Part shown: positions 36,152-50,444 of the stretch, in pieces
How the letters are laid out: the number at the start of each line of letters is the position of its first letter
Numbering within the stretch: position 1 is the stretch's first letter
Assembly (NCBI GenBank): GCA_964187785.1
Contig: OZ076409.1
Location: 37,822,001-37,886,000, forward strand
DNA: 64,000 nucleotides
Source of the DNA: Amphiscolops sp. MND2022
Taxonomy: Eukaryota
Direction: 5' to 3'
Notes under the pieces: generated by a model
What the model saw: the letters and a program-made list of their open reading frames with translations, nothing else
What the model was told of the DNA's origin: nothing
Database searches by the model: none
Made by a program: the position numbers and the translations under genes

Positions 36152-37437
36152 CAGCCACTAGAAGAGAAATCGGGACAAAGCGTTTTTTTAGATGTAACAA
36201 AAAGGTTAGCACTAAATACTTTTTAGAAGCTGATGATATAAACAAAACGAAATTATTTAGTGTGATGGCCCCGATGTTTGAGAACGGCCCGAAGACGTCT
36301 CGGGATGGATTCAAATAACTTTTGAATGTAGCTGTCCGGAATGGAATAAAATTAATTCTCCAAAAAACTCCACAAATCGTTAAAAGTTGTAAATTCCTTG
36401 CCCTCCCGCTTGTCACCGAGCATCTTCCATACGTTTTCAATGTCATTCAGGTAGTGTGAGTGAGGTGGCCAGTCGTTAACTACCATTATGATATTTTCTT
36501 CCAAAAATGACAATTTTGAAGCTGCTTTATGAGGAGGCGCGTTCTCTTGGCGCTGCTAGAAGTCTTCGTCCCAAATTGGTAACAAAATCTCGTTGAGGAG
36601 TGCTTGGTACGCTGGTCCATCTAAAATATTGCGGATTCTAACAAGAAATCGGAACCCCAGAAGACCGAATTGCCCCCCAGACCATCAACTTTGGGCTCCT
36701 AGTGTTGGTACTTCTGGCTACGTACTGTGGGCGGTGACTAAAATCAGCGGGTTTTTTCGGTCGGCAAACAAACTCTTGCCGTAGAGGATCTAGCTCAAAA
36801 GTCGATTCGTCGGTTGCGATCTCTTTTGAAAACTCTGTGGGTAGGTTTTTAACATCTGCTTAGACAACTTTTTTCTTAAAAGGCGATGCCTTGCGGTAAG
36901 CATGAAATTCTTTGGAGCTACGCGTCTGTTCCAGCCATGTTTCTTTAAATTTTTCCGTACGGCATCAACTGTATACAGACGACCATCTGTCAAATCATTT
37001 TTCATTTGTCGGGCTGAAAGCCGGGGGCAAGTAGTTGCCATCCTTAACAAAAGTCAAAGCGAACTTTCAATAGATTTGGGTCGTCTCCCTGTACGTGGTT
37101 TAGGCCCTATGCTGTCAGTTTTTTCGAAATTGACAATGGTTCGATTAACAGAACTCTTGCTGGTATCTGTCAAGTCTTCAATTTCACGCTGCGTTTTGCC
37201 TCGTTGGAAAACACGAAGAATAAGTTTTCGAACAGAATACGTAGTATGAGGAGCCTAGAAAATTCACTCGAAACGAAGTAGTAAACTGTCTTTTTCGAGA
37301 TCAACGAGTGACAAAAATGATATCTGAACACTTGGACTGTTTCGATTTTGACTGGTTGTCTAATCAATTTCATTGTCAATTAATTTTGTTCGTTCGTCGT
37401 TGTTCAATTTTTGTCCCGATTTCAATACCAATGACTG
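36152..37437 (-). mobile_element. Tc1-like DNA transposon with decayed transposase
   Basis: TA-flanked TIRs CAG.CA.T.G....GAAATCGGGACAAA; minus strand gives HTH (KTQREI..SKSSVNR), GRRPK, DESTF, MVWG, ENAPPH, WPPHSHYLNDIENVW. Confidence 0.92.
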
Positions 37438-37733
37438 TATTATAATATAGCCAATTGCAAATTATTTGTAGTAAAAGGAGTAGAAGTATAAGTTTGAAGA
37501 CATTTTTACATAGCAGACTTTATAATAAATATCAATTTCTAAAGCGAGGCTGTAAGATGATGTCTGACAAACACAAAGTATCTTTTTTTGGCCAATCCAG
37601 AAAACGTGTCCTACTGATTCTACTGCTTACTTACTTTTAGATATAAAGTTCTGAAGAGCATTCAAAAAGGTCAAACGGTTCAACTCGATTATTCCATACT
37701 TTCACCTAAAATAAAAACCTACATGAGTACCCC

Positions 37734-38174
37734 TTTTTAGTCGGCGCTTTTTCTGTTAAGGAGAAAGCCCGACTATTAAAGTATTAAAGTGGGTAGTTAT
37801 TTTATTTTTCAGTTCACTCTGAATGGTCCACTTTTTTGTTCATTTGTTCAACTTTTTAGCCGAGATACTTCAGTTCGGATATAACGTTTCAAAGTTCGGA
37901 TGTAACGTTTTCAAAGTTAAAGATCGGATGTAACGGTTTCAAAGTTCGAATATAACGTTTTCAAAGTTAGGATATACCGTTTTCAAAGTTTGGATGTAAC
38001 GTTTTCAAAGTTCTTATATAACGTTTTCAAAGTTCGGATATAACGTTTTCAATGTTCGGAAATAACATTTTCAAAGTGTTTCCATTTTTCCCCAATTTTT
38101 TAATATTTTTTCCCAAAATTTTACAATTTGTTGAGCCTTAGATATGGCGCCGACTTGGGCCGTTCCCAGCTTAT
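37734..38174 (+). mobile_element. Helentron/DINE-1-like element with internal 22-bp tandem array
   Basis: 5' TTTTTAGTCGGCGC with nearby CCGACTA inverted copy; about nine TTCGGATATAACGTTTTCAAAG units at 37874-38076; 3' GCGCCGACT followed by a short stem-loop. Confidence 0.75.
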
Positions 38175-41100
38175 TTATGCTAACTGAGAGGCTTTGTCCT
38201 TTTTGAAAACTTTTTTTTTCGTAATTTATCCGACTGTGAGGATTAAGTCAGTTTTTATGGAAAGTTAGCTTGAAAAATCTGATTCTGTCAGTAGAGCAGA
38301 TTTTTATTCTTGCATGCAGTAGAAATATCTACAAAAATAAATGAATTAAACAAAGTCCATTTTTGCTCAAAATTTTTTTAAAATTTTCAAGAAAACACGG
38401 AAAACGGGGCGATTTTTTGCGTTTCTATCAAAATTAGCCTGTTGTAATTTATTAAAGGAAGGAAGACGTAATCAATTCATGAAATGGGGAATGCGAACCT
38501 TCGCTAGATGTTGGGTGCAAAACAAAAACTTCATTTCGCATGTTGCATTAGATTTTATACATGCAATCTAGCCCTTAAATTCACATGATCACGAACACAG
38601 GTCCATTTACCAACTAGTTTTCTCAGTTTTACAGAGGAGAGTCAAATTTTCGGTGATCGACAAATTGTGGCAAATGGAAGTTTTTTCATTTTATTGGTGG
38701 CCATCGGTTGCACGAACTTCAAAACAGTGACCGATAAATAGAATAATGTTGCGTTTCCAAGATATTGGCAAGTTCTATCAATGTTTTATTCTTATTTCTC
38801 TGGATGAAAATAGTCGCTAGAAAAAAACCAGATGTTTGAAAGCAAATGAAACCTTTTCGACCTGGTGTTGTGAATGTTACGCGAATTAAAATTACTAAAA
38901 ATACATCGCAAAAGTCTATAATACATTATTCAGTACTTTCCTGATGAAGCATTCAAGTAAATTTTAAAAAACTGCCGACGAAACAAATTAAAATGGCTTG
39001 AAAATGTCATTCTATCAAAAAATCCATAAATTTAGCTTTATGAATCATGTCACTGCAAATCTGGAAATCTTCATCTATAAATCCGCAATAGTTGTCCTAA
39101 TTTATGCGTTCTTTGAACTTTGCAATGCATTTTTAAAGTTAGTAAAATTAATCCGGTTGAATTTAAACTGCATCTAAATGTGGTGTTCGTGCTAATACAT
39201 AGATTTGAGTCAAAGTCAGTTATTGATTTATTAATGGAGTTGGTGAACGTCACGTGATCTCTTACCACGTGACATGCGACTGGATGCGTCCGGGGTCATT
39301 AATTTCACCTATCCGTGTAGGGTGACATATGCTGTAAAAATGGGTGACTAACAAGCGGAAAACACGCACGAACTGAACATTACTGAGGGGAAAACGAAGC
39401 ACTTTCATTAAAAAAAATTGACAGCACTTTTCTGATTTGCCAGTATAAATTGTTGTAACGAGTCCGTGGTTATTTTTGGGAGCAATAGAAGTAGCTTTTT
39501 AATCGAAGATGTTTTGGAAAATCGTTTTTAATGGAGTCCAACCTTGTCTGTCAGATCCCGGGGACCTAACATCTGAACGTTTTCGCTCTGGGTGGTTTCA
39601 CACGATGACTTTTCTCGGTAGCTGAACTTCCAAGACTGAGAATTTTTGAAGATAAGAGTGGCGGCCGGGGGTACAGATGTTACCAACCAATGTTAGGAGC
39701 ATGGTCTTAAAGTATCACCCCCTAAAGGAGCGTCACCCATGGGTGCATTACACCCCTCTTACTACAAATGACGTGGAAGCAATTGAGTGACAAGTCTTCG
39801 CTGTTTCCAATCCAATATGCGCGCTCTCTGAAGCTCTCTCAAATGTCAATCACCTAATCCAGATGTCGTTCAAATTCTACAATACATAATTCCTCCCCTA
39901 GAGCTCACACGGAGCACTCTTTCCCTCCACAATTACACGCTTTATCTTTTTGATGCCTAAAACTATTTTCACTTATTTAGTTGCTGTCTTCGCAGTTATA
40001 CATACACACACAACCGCGAATTATATAACAATACACTTGATTGCTGAACAAAAACCTCGCACTACAAAAAAGCACGGCTGACAAATGAATCTTTAAAAGC
40101 AAACTGAAGTAAGCAATTTATGTAAACGTTTTCCGTCGCTATTTTTCCTTCTCTCACGGTTTCTATATTCATTTATTCATAATACATCTTTAGATAATTA
40201 CAGTAGTGATTCGAGACTGAGAAGTAGTTATCTGTTGTACAGTTAATGAGATTTGCTAAAAAGCCGTCACAAGGCATATAGTGGGAATTGGTCGATTGAC
40301 TGTGCAACTAGTTTGTTGAAAATTGCGTTACTTATTTGTTAGTATTACCAACCTCGCCAGGATTGTTGATGGAAGCTGATCGATAAATTTTAACAGTGGG
40401 CCCACTGTGCTGTTTTAATTAACAAACACGTCACAGCGTAAATGCAGTAAGTCTTTTCCCACTATTTGGAAATTTCCATACCCCAAGGCAACCTAAGTAA
40501 AAATATATGTCAATAAACAGGAAATGACATTCGCTTAAGAACTCTCAAGACGTCGACACAAGCAACGCTGTGATTCCCTCGTGAAGAAATAAGTCACCCT
40601 CGAAATGTTCAACCAGGAACCCTCCAAGTTTAATTATTCTTGAAAAATCAACCCCATAATATGTAGATTGATGTTGATTTTGAATAAATTATGATCGCGA
40701 TTCAAGGCTACTTTTTTGAGAAAACTAGTGGAAAGACTGAACGATTTGTTGGATTGTCGATCTAACATGAAAAGAAAAAAAACGTTTTCAACTTTTTTCC
40801 GTTATTTTTCAATTTTTTCAAGGTGCCCATGATTTACTATAGCCTTTTTGCATCGTTGCAAGCCTTTAAGGTAGCTATTCATCATTTACAAGCTCAGCCA
40901 TTGCAGATATGAACCATGCTCAGGCTAACCCAACATACTCACCATGCTATGATCATAGTATGATCATATTATGATCATGGTCAATTCATGATCATGATCA
41001 TACCAAGATCTTAATCTTGAATTCATCTTTCCTAATACTATGATCCTTCTATGAAATACTATGAAATATGATGACCAAATGGTGGTCATACAATGAAACA

Positions 41101-41469
41101 TGGTCGCCATGGAATGATGAATTCAAGATTCAAAATCAAGATGTCGTACATGGCAATCTCGTGTAAACAAAGTGCCCAAATTGCTATGTATCAATTATGA
41201 TCATAGTCTTTGCCATGCAAATCATAATATCAACATACTATGATCACGCTATTGTGATCATTTGTACCATGATCATACTATGAAATTGTATGGTTCACCA
41301 TTTTCAATTATGGTGGTTATTCTTGGTGTATATCGTGGCAAGTGTTTCAAGCGATACCGCTCTCACCAGATTCTTGCAAGGTTCTTTCCAGATTTCTCCA
41401 AGAAACATCTGAGTGATCTCAAAAGTTATCTTACAAGAATCTTGGAAGTCTGCCGCTTTTGACAAGGTT

Positions 41470-44400
41470 GTATTCGTGTTCAGAGTAAAATAAGTTTTTA
41501 GTACAAAACTGTATTGTAAGCGCTATCCGTCTGTCACTAAATGTAGCTTACACAATGATAATAATATAAAGTAGCAGGTTCCGCGATTGGAGGAGAGTTG
41601 GCCAATTGGGGGAGCAGAGTTTTCTTTATGGCGGTGTTGCGTTCTCAGCCCTTTTACTGTATCCGCGGTGGTCCGCGTCGGGTAATGTTGTGTCATCCGA
41701 TCTGCATCTGTCTCCAAAAACGGTCCAATCAGGGTGTTGATTGTACAGTAGCTCGGGCTTTCGTCTGACTCCCGGTTGTTTTCCTGGTTGATTGCTGACT
41801 CTCGGTCGTTCAACTTTTTGACGGTCTTTTCTGTAACCCGATGGTACCGGATTATTCAATCTAACTAATGGGTTTGTTTTTGTTAGGCGTTCTGACCTAA
41901 CAAACGCCTAACGTCAGAACGCCTAACAAAAACAAACCCATTAGTTAGATTGAATAATCCGGTACCATCGGGTTACAGAAAAGACCGTCAAAAAGTTGAA
42001 CGACCGAGAGTCAGCAATCAACCAGGAAAACAACCGGGAGTCAGACGAAAGCCCGAGCTACTGTACAATCAACACCCTGATTGGACCGTTTTTGGAGACA
42101 GACGTAGGTTATTTTCTCTGATTTCTCGATCTATCCCTGTGCTTGAACATAGGTTACCAAGTAGACTCTATTTTCAGAGGTTGTGATTGTATGTTTAGTG
42201 CCCGACATTGCTATTTCTGATTTATCGGCAAATGCACTATGAAACTGAAGTTTTGTTATCTTTTTTTTTCAAGGAAAGTAAATGGATAGTTACTAACTCT
42301 CTTTGTCCCTTTCTTCTGTTTCATCGATAGCTAGCCAGAGGCACCGTCAGCTCAAATGAATGAGTATACCGGTAGGGTATCTGATTTTGTCTAAAAATTT
42401 ATTGTTATCTTTTTCAGTTTATCGAGATTTAACATATTGCTAATCTCGGTATCCGGTTCGCGGCCGTAGTGCATTTCAAAAGAAGTTTTTTTGGCCTTGT
42501 GTCAGACGTTTTCATCGGATTTTCCTATGCCTTGGTTTGAGTTAATATTGTTTCTTTTATTGTTTTTAATCCGCGTTCAACCAATCCCGTGGGAGTGTGT
42601 CTGTACGGTGTTCCGTATCTGAGCTTGATACGGTGGTTATTGCGACGTTTTCTGAAACGTTTTCACGGTAAATGCGGTTGCTTTGTCCGTTCTAAGTATT
42701 TTGGATGGTCGTTTAGGTTTATGAATGGTTCTAAAAATCTAACCACCGTTTCTCCTTCGTTTGTTTTACAGAAACTTGCCGCCGGCCATTTACTGTACCG
42801 GTCCACCGAGAGTGAAAGATGAAATCTTCAGTGATTGGACCCTTAAAATCCAATTTGATTCTTTCGTTCGATTTATTTATTGCCGATAGTTGATTTTTTT
42901 CCGTACTAGGTATGTTAAGTTTACCTTTCTCACATGACATCTTGCACGGGTACATCCGTCGCATTTGTTCTGAATAGCTTCCGTGATCTCTGGCCACCAG
43001 AATTGTCTGGCTGTTATAGACATTTTGATGGCGGGATAGCCCTTGCGGGAGGCTGATCAGTGTTGAAAGCACTAGGCCGATCCTTAATGAAAGTTTCTTC
43101 CCGTAGGTGATATACTCTTCCGGTAATTTGTCCTGATGTTGTAGTTCGAGATAGAATGGCGTTTTTAGGGGGTTGGGATCAATTGTCGTTTCTATCATTA
43201 GTAGTTGTAGGTCTGTGGGGAAATTATTTTCTGTCTCCTTCACCGCGTTGCCGAGGTCCCAGTCGTTTGATTCGGGGTGCGTTGCCCATCTCTATGCATT
43301 GGACGCTTTTGACGCCCACATTTATTGTCCAATTTACCGCTGGTATTTCTAGCACTGATGGGTCTTGGTCGGTATCCGACCCTATCTCTACCTTCTCCAT
43401 CGGGATGTATTCCTGGTACAATCGTGGCGTTGATGGTCTTGGTTGTTCGGGTGTTTCTTCTATCGCCGGTTGTTGTGGACGCGGTCTACTCCTCAGAACC
43501 AGTCTACCGTCGATTGGTCTTGTCTTCTCGTCTGAGGTTGGACGCTTCCCGCTTCTTGCTGATTTTCGCTGTGTTCGAGAATTCTTAAGGCTTGTTGTAA
43601 TTGTTCCTCGATTATCCATCTCTCGTTTCTGAGGAACTTTAGTTCGTGGTGCTTTTTCCATCGACCACCGGATTGACGCTATACACGGAGTTTGACTATA
43701 TCGCGCCACTTTGCGATTAATTTCCTTGTTTCAGCGGGCGGGATCGCTATTTCTAGGTCGTTTATAGTTCTGGCAACCATTTCATTATTATTTATAGTTT
43801 TTGTGCGGCTGTTTAGTGTAACAAAAACGCAATCAATGGCGGTTTGTTTACACGTTTTGAGTTGCGTTGGTTCGTTGTTTGTTTTGTGTGGTAAGGGAGT
43901 GATGGCGCCGTGCTGTGATTGGTTGAAATGGTTGCTAAGGCAACCGTATTCAATTACACAATTGTATTCCGGTACGATGTTGTTGATCACGTACTCTTCT
44001 TCGTAAGCGCCATCTGTTTGCGGTTGTGAGGGCGGATTTCTGCTACAATATTCCGTCATTGCTAAATGTATAACGGCTATATGACATACGTTAACTGAGA
44101 AGTTTGGTATTCGGTCAAGCCACGTCGTTAGCTGTGCGCTATTAGTTCAAACTGATCGGTTGTGTTTAATCAATGGTTCTCATGCTTGGTGGTCCGTGAC
44201 AAACTTCTTCGGTTTACGGTAGATATAGAGATGGAATTGTTTCAGTACCCATACGACAGCTAGTACTTCTAATTCGTTAATTGTGTATTTCTTTTCCGTG
44301 TCGGAAAGATACCGACTGTCAAGTCCTATCGGTTTTATGATACTATCTCGTTGTGTTTGCCACAGCGTGGCGCTCAGTCTTTTCGTACTGGCGTCCGTCG

Positions 44401-46335
44401 TTACTACTTTCGGGTAAATTGAGCTCTAGTGTGCCAGACACAGTATATCCGTGATTTCTTATTTCAAATTTTCGAATGCTTTTGTGTGTTCTCCCGTCTA
44501 ATTCCAAGAATTGTCTTTCTTGAGTATTTGTTTCGAAATGTCGGTTGGAGCTGATTTCAATATATTTGAATAGGTTTTGGATTGCGCCTAGGAACAATTT
44601 TAGTTCTTTTTCAATTTCTAGTTTTCTCAGTGCTTTTATGGCAAGTAATTTATCTTGCAACGGTCTGATACCGTTCTGGTCTATTTTGTGTCCAATGGAT
44701 TCGAGTTCTGTTTTGAATAGTTTGGATTTGCTTTCATTCAGTTTGTGTCCGGTGTTTTGTAATTTTGTAAATTCGCTTTTTAATTTGTCCATGTGTTTTT
44801 GTTTTGAACCATTTGTTACCACTTTAATATCATCTAACCAGGGTGGATGTTTGTCTTCCAGTGTCGGGTCATTTTTTTCTGAAATTTGTTGGAAAGTCGG
44901 CTAATTCATACAACCCTTTTGAAAAATCGATAGTATCCTGTCTTATTTTCTCCGGTAACCGCGAAAATTGATATGCCCATTCCTTTTTTAAAGAGATTTA
45001 GTTGTCCGTATGCGTAGTCTAAGTCAAATTTTGATATCGAGATTTCGTCTGTCGGTCCGTCCGCAATTTGTCTGGATATTATTGATGTCATTTCTTCCAT
45101 AATAGGAATTTGTGTCTTTTTACCGTTGTGTCTTTCAGTTTTCGTGAGTCTAAAGCAGTTTTTACCGACATGTCTTTTTATGGTGATCATTTTTAGCTTC
45201 TTCAATATTTCCTTGTTATCTAAGTTTTTGAATTTGTTTTCGACCGCGGGTTGCAAATGGAAAATGGATAGTTATTGGTATCGTTTTTGGTGGATCAATT
45301 TTCCCCCTTTTTCTAGTTGTATGTCTATTTTGAAGTTTTTAACTGTTTGATTTTCCGTAAATAGTTTCTTAAACTTAAGTGTTGTTATGTTTCAGCTTAT
45401 CGTGTTCTCCTATTTGTTTATGTGGCTGATGTTTGTGTTGATTCTTTCCGATTAAAGGGTTGTTTCCAATTTTCCCATCCAGTCGAGTCCGAATATTCGG
45501 TGTGTGTTTTTGGTAGTTATCAAAAACTACAATTGTTGTTATGTACCGTCTAGTTCGATGTTTGCTGTTGTCTTACCTCCGAACTTTTTCTGTTGTCAGT
45601 CACGTCCAGGTGGTTTATTGTTAGCGGTTTTGTTACTTTCGGGTTGTTGAATTTTGATTTTGGAATGAGAGACACTGGTTACCTGGATGGTGTCTACTAT
45701 GAGTTTGATTAATCTACTATTGACCACTAGCGATGCTAACTAGAACGGCGGACCGTTCCTTTTGTTCGCACCCAGTCAGCGGATCATCTGATATACTGAA
45801 TGTATTAAGTCTGGTTTCCAGTCGTCGTCTTCTGCACTGTTATGTTCCGCTACATGGTTTAGTTTCCGTGATGAGCGGCAGCATTTAGCGTAATCTCCGA
45901 TTTTACCGCACTTTACGCATTTCTTTCCTCTTGCTGAGCACTCCTGTTGATTGGACCAGTTGGGTGCTCCGCATCGGTTTAAATCCATTCTTCTGGCCTT
46001 TATGTTCCTATCTATTTGGTCTCTAGTAGGTTTTAGTTTTCGCTTGTCGAAATGCCGGATTTTTTTCTCCTCTTCAGTTTCTTGTGAGTCTTTCAATTTC
46101 TCATACATGTTTTCATGTATGGCTTCTGTTATTGCTTCGACCGACATATCGTTTTTGCGTATTTTCATTTTCAGTTCATTGTCTCCCGTGGATTTTCCTA
46201 TGAGTAATAAGATTTTACGATGCCAACAGTTCACCGGCTGTTACATTTTCGAATTTGCAATTTTTTCCACTTCTAGTATTCTTTTCCAGACGTCTGCTTC
46301 CAGACGTCTGCTGTATTCTTTTCCAGGCGTCTAAA
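41470..46335 (-). mobile_element. Heavily decayed Ty3/Gypsy element (Mag-like double zinc knuckle); boundaries approximate
   Basis: Minus strand gives RCGAPNW...CSARGKKCVKCGKIGDYAKCC, ISKFDLDYAYGQL, WLDDI, IGHKIDQNGIRP, LKLFLGAIQ, RNase H and integrase (LDFKGP) remnants. Confidence 0.85.
41707..42102. repeat. Perfect 190-bp inverted duplication with 16-nt spacer
   Basis: Arms 41707-41896 and 41913-42102; the same ORF peptide appears on both strands in the track. Confidence 0.97.
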
Positions 46336-46573
46336 GTTCTCAAAAAAATTCTGGCTTTGTTGCTGAATAAATTTCAATAACTAACTAACATCCGCAAAGT
46401 GACGAAAATGAAACAGAATTGTACACTGGGTAAAATTTCAAAAAAACTCTTTTGAAGAGCATTTGTTTTGATAATCGATAGCTTTCGGAGATATTGGCAG
46501 AGATTAACAGTTTTAAGTTCTCTAACAGTTTTATTATCAACTAATCATGGCGCGAAGTTGAGAATCTTGAGTA

Positions 46574-47062
46574 TTTTTAGTCGGCGCGTTTCTTAAGAAA
46601 AGAGCCCGACTATTACAGTCACTCGTTTTTTTTTCTTTTTTTATTTAAGACAGACTCGAAGCGACGAACGTTAAAATTAACGTTCAACTACTAAATACAG
46701 TACTAAACTACTGGACCGGTAAATGCAAACGGAGACCGCATTCCTTTACTTTTTAACGTTACCTACAAGCCCGGACGGGACTAAAGGGTCCCCCCTTTCG
46801 ATTTTTTTCGGCACTGTGAGAATTTTTTTTCGAAATTTTTTTAATGTCCCCAAAGGGTCCCCCCTTTGAGTTTTTTGTTATTTTGCTACAGAATGCATGT
46901 TTATAAATCAAAAAGGGTCCCCCCTTTTACATTTTTCGGCACTGTGCGACATTTTCCGAAAGAAAATTTTTTTTTCGAAAATTTCAAGTTTTTTTCCAAA
47001 AAAATGTTTTGCGCTTTTTGAGCCTTAGATATAGCGCCGACTTGAGACGTCCCCGTCTTGTT
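46574..47062 (+). mobile_element. Helentron/DINE-1-like element
   Basis: TTTTTAGTCGGCGC...CCGACTA 5' end; internal AAAGGGTCCCCC repeats; 3' GCGCCGACT-TGAGACG-TCCC-CGTCTTG-TT. Confidence 0.8.
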
Positions 47063-49855
47063 CAATCCTGTAGTGAAAGAATAGAACCTCTTCCTATAAC
47101 TGATCATCGAGTTTGGAACACTTATTTGTTAGCTGTTACATTCTTGAAAAATACTCATGCTCAGGTTCGTGCTATGATCCAGCTTCGAAATGAAACTGGT
47201 TGATTATTGAACATTGAACTTTTAGATGACTTGAAACTGTCCAAAAATTGTTGATTGATTTGTAATTTTCGCACAAAATTTGGTAATTAAATTCAGACCC
47301 AGTGATTTTAATACCTGGCAGTTCCGAGGAACTGTGCCAATTGCGAGGAGTTGGAATTGTATTTACTTGTGAGTTTTTGTCTCATGTCTTATATAAATAC
47401 TATTAACATAATAGGTACATTTTGCCTTTATAAATGTCGCTGCTGTGTTAGTTTTTTTTCAAATTGTTCAAGTAAGTTTTGGAAAAAACCGTATCTTCGA
47501 ACAGGTTTCTATAGAATCTTAGCTACAACCTTGCAACAATTCGATTGTTAAACATCAGCGTATCAAAATGTGTTCGTTGAAATGTTTGTTTCAACATGAC
47601 CTCAGAGCTATTGCACTGCGAAATGTTGCAAGGTTGTAGCTAAGATTTTGTCGTGACATTAGCACACTCATGCTAGAACTTACCACAGCTTTTACGAAAG
47701 TCATCTCAGGTAATTTGAAAAAGATCAAATTCAGTGTAGAGCTCCTCAAATAATTTAATGCGATGTACTACCGAGAATGCGCTCGCTTCTAGTAGCTGAC
47801 ATGTCACAAAAAGACGCTGGAAAAAAATTGGTTAAAATGCTTTTAACTGCAGTTGTTGTCACAACGAGGGAAACACGAGCGTTGCAGAATTTAGTTGCAA
47901 ACGTCAAATTACTTTGATGATTTTACTGAATTTAATCGGCATCGCCTCTCAGGCAACCTGTTTATTTGAATTTTTTTAAAATAGTTATCGACCAAAATTA
48001 ATCAATGGTTAGAAACTGATTATATCGGCTACTTACTTCCTGCGGTGCAATACAGCTATAATTGGCACAGATTTAGACTTCACTGGGTAAATCACAGGTA
48101 AACTGCCATTGTTATGCTCCCTCTAGAATATATCAAAAAACAGTTTTAGATTACCTGATTTAAAAATTGTGAAACAAGAGGCACGGTGGCACTTTTTTGT
48201 ACACTGTTGAAAAACCCATTTAGGAAGTGATTGGAGCCTCACAAACCTCAAAGGTTTGGAAAAGAAAAAGTAGTGGAACAATTTAAGCTAAAATGCCTCT
48301 ACACTCATGTAAAGTACCTCGAGCATGAACGCATACAGGGACTCAAATAGCAATTTGAAATGATTATTTCCACTGTTTCTCCTCGGAAAAGAGACAAAAG
48401 CTGGATGAAAGCAAACTCGAAACCATTTGTTTTTGGTAACACTTAATAAAGTTTGGATGAAAAACGTACGGTTATGAAGCTCTTTTCATAAAAGACAATA
48501 TCCAAAAACGGTTTTATCAAGACTCAAGTTGAAAAGGCGAAGAAGTTCAACAAATAAGAAGGACTTCTTTGCAAAAAAAATCTCTTCCAATTACAATGAA
48601 TTCGTAGCTTGGGAATAAAATGGGACCTTTCAGACTGAAAAATATTTTTTCGACAGAAAACATCGGAAAAATTGGACCCTTTAATTGGAACTATTTCCAA
48701 AATAGTCTAATAATACTCTTAAGACACAAACATGGTCTTTCAGTCTCATTCAGTTTTCAAAGATATTTAAAATTGTGGAAGAACGAAACAAGGAACACTT
48801 TGGCACACAGAGATTCACTTCAGCTTAGTTTGACTCTGTCTGAAAAATTAACCAGACGCCCGCAGACCAGCAGGATATTTTCCGTCCAAACTGCAATCAC
48901 ATGATTTGAAGCACAGAAGATTGCACTATGAAAACGCATAAATGTTGGCTGAAAAAAAGTTTCGACTCTTTTTGATAAATGTCATCCCATTTCAGAAGGA
49001 AACACTTGAAGAACACTCTGAACACCTATTTCTTTCATTCTCGGCCTGTGTGAATACCAAAACCTAAGCAATCAATTTTTTATAATCCTGCACGAGTTCA
49101 CCAAAAATGTCAAAACTTGAAAAATTTTGATTTTTCCACACTCTTGAAGTCATTTGAGGCACTTTGCTATGCAACTGCAGATGTCTTATCAAAAACACCA
49201 TTTGGATACCGGGTCCAGTCGTTGTTAAATTACGATATTGCACGAAAGGCTTACCAAAAAGTAGATACCCATTTTAAAAAAGAAACTTTTGAATTTTTCA
49301 CTTAATTGAAGTCGTTCTAACGAACTTTTGACATCCGGAATTGTGAATTTCTTTAATACGTTCTGCATGCCTATTTAGAAAGTTTAGAGTTTTCAAAATT
49401 TTGGTAACTTTTGTTTATGAATCCCGAAATTATCAAACTTCTGGCAAATTTGTATTTTATTATTGTTTCGGGGTAATTTTGAGGCTGCTTTCAAACGTGA
49501 AACTGAAATTGACCATCCAAAAGCCTACTGGATAACACATATGTCCGCTGTTGAACGTTTTGATTCTCCCAACGATGGAAAATTCTCGCAAAAGTCAGAA
49601 CTTGGCATTAGAAATGTTTAATTTTTTTTGGATTTCGGAATTTCCGATTCATCAGGGTCATTTTGGAAGCGTTTTTGAATCAAAACACTGCAACTCTTCC
49701 TTCATAATAGCATACTGCTTAGCAAGTTTGTTCAATGTTGAATGTTTTGAAATTTTCAGCTACAAAAATTTTCAAAAAATGTACACAAACTGCAGGAAAA
49801 ACGTCAAACTGAGAAGAATTGGGTTTTTGATAATTTGTGGAAAAATTGAGGCATA

Positions 49856-50444
49856 TTTTTAGTCGGCGCATTTTATCAAAATGAGCCCGACTATTACAGT
49901 GGCAAGTTTTAATTCTCTTTTTTTTTCGTCAGACCACAGAATGTATGCGTAGTGGACACTTTTTACAGAACTACTAAAAGTACTGAACCAGCAAGGGGAA
50001 TCACATCTGAGTAACTGCAAAGGGTCCCCCCTTTCGTGTACTCAATTTTTAACGTAAGATACAAAACCGGACGGGACTACAGGGTCCCCCCTTTGAAAAG
50101 TTTTCGGCACTGTGCGACTTTTTTCGAATTTTCTTTTGTCGCCAAACGGTCCCCCTTCAAGTTTTTTGATATTTTGCAGCAAACTGAAGTTTCAAAAAGC
50201 CCAAAGGATCCCCCTTTCTAGTTTTTGGGATCTGTGAGACTTTGAAAATTCTCTTTTTTTCGTTTTTTTGAAAGTTTTTTCAAAAAAATTCAAAGTTTTT
50301 TTAATGTCTCCTTCAATAATTTTGATATTTTGCAACGGACTGGATTTTCAAAAAGCCGAAAGGGTCCCCCCCTTCTACAAGTTTAAAAAAGGCGCTTTTT
50401 TGAGCCTTGGATATAGCGCCGACTTTAGACGTTCCCGTCTTGTT
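49856..50444 (+). mobile_element. Helentron/DINE-1-like element
   Basis: Same 5' and 3' structure as 46574-47062; 3' GCGCCGACTTT-AGACG-TTCC-CGTCT-TGTT. Confidence 0.8.

Noticed and set aside
37874..38076. 22-bp repeat array as a possible CRISPR
   Set aside because: Units are contiguous with no spacers, the context is eukaryotic, and it lies inside a DINE-like element
40925..41300. CATGATCAT-rich degenerate repeats (similar low-complexity tracts at 34241-34567, 55465-55570 and 61440-61560)
   Set aside because: Probably interiors of old MITEs; ends could not be defined confidently
41626..42186. Two identical ORFs on opposite strands
   Set aside because: By-product of the 190-bp inverted duplication
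47300..48990. Possible hAT transposase relic (SRIFS...RRL..EN)
   Set aside because: Only one weak motif; no TIR or TSD found
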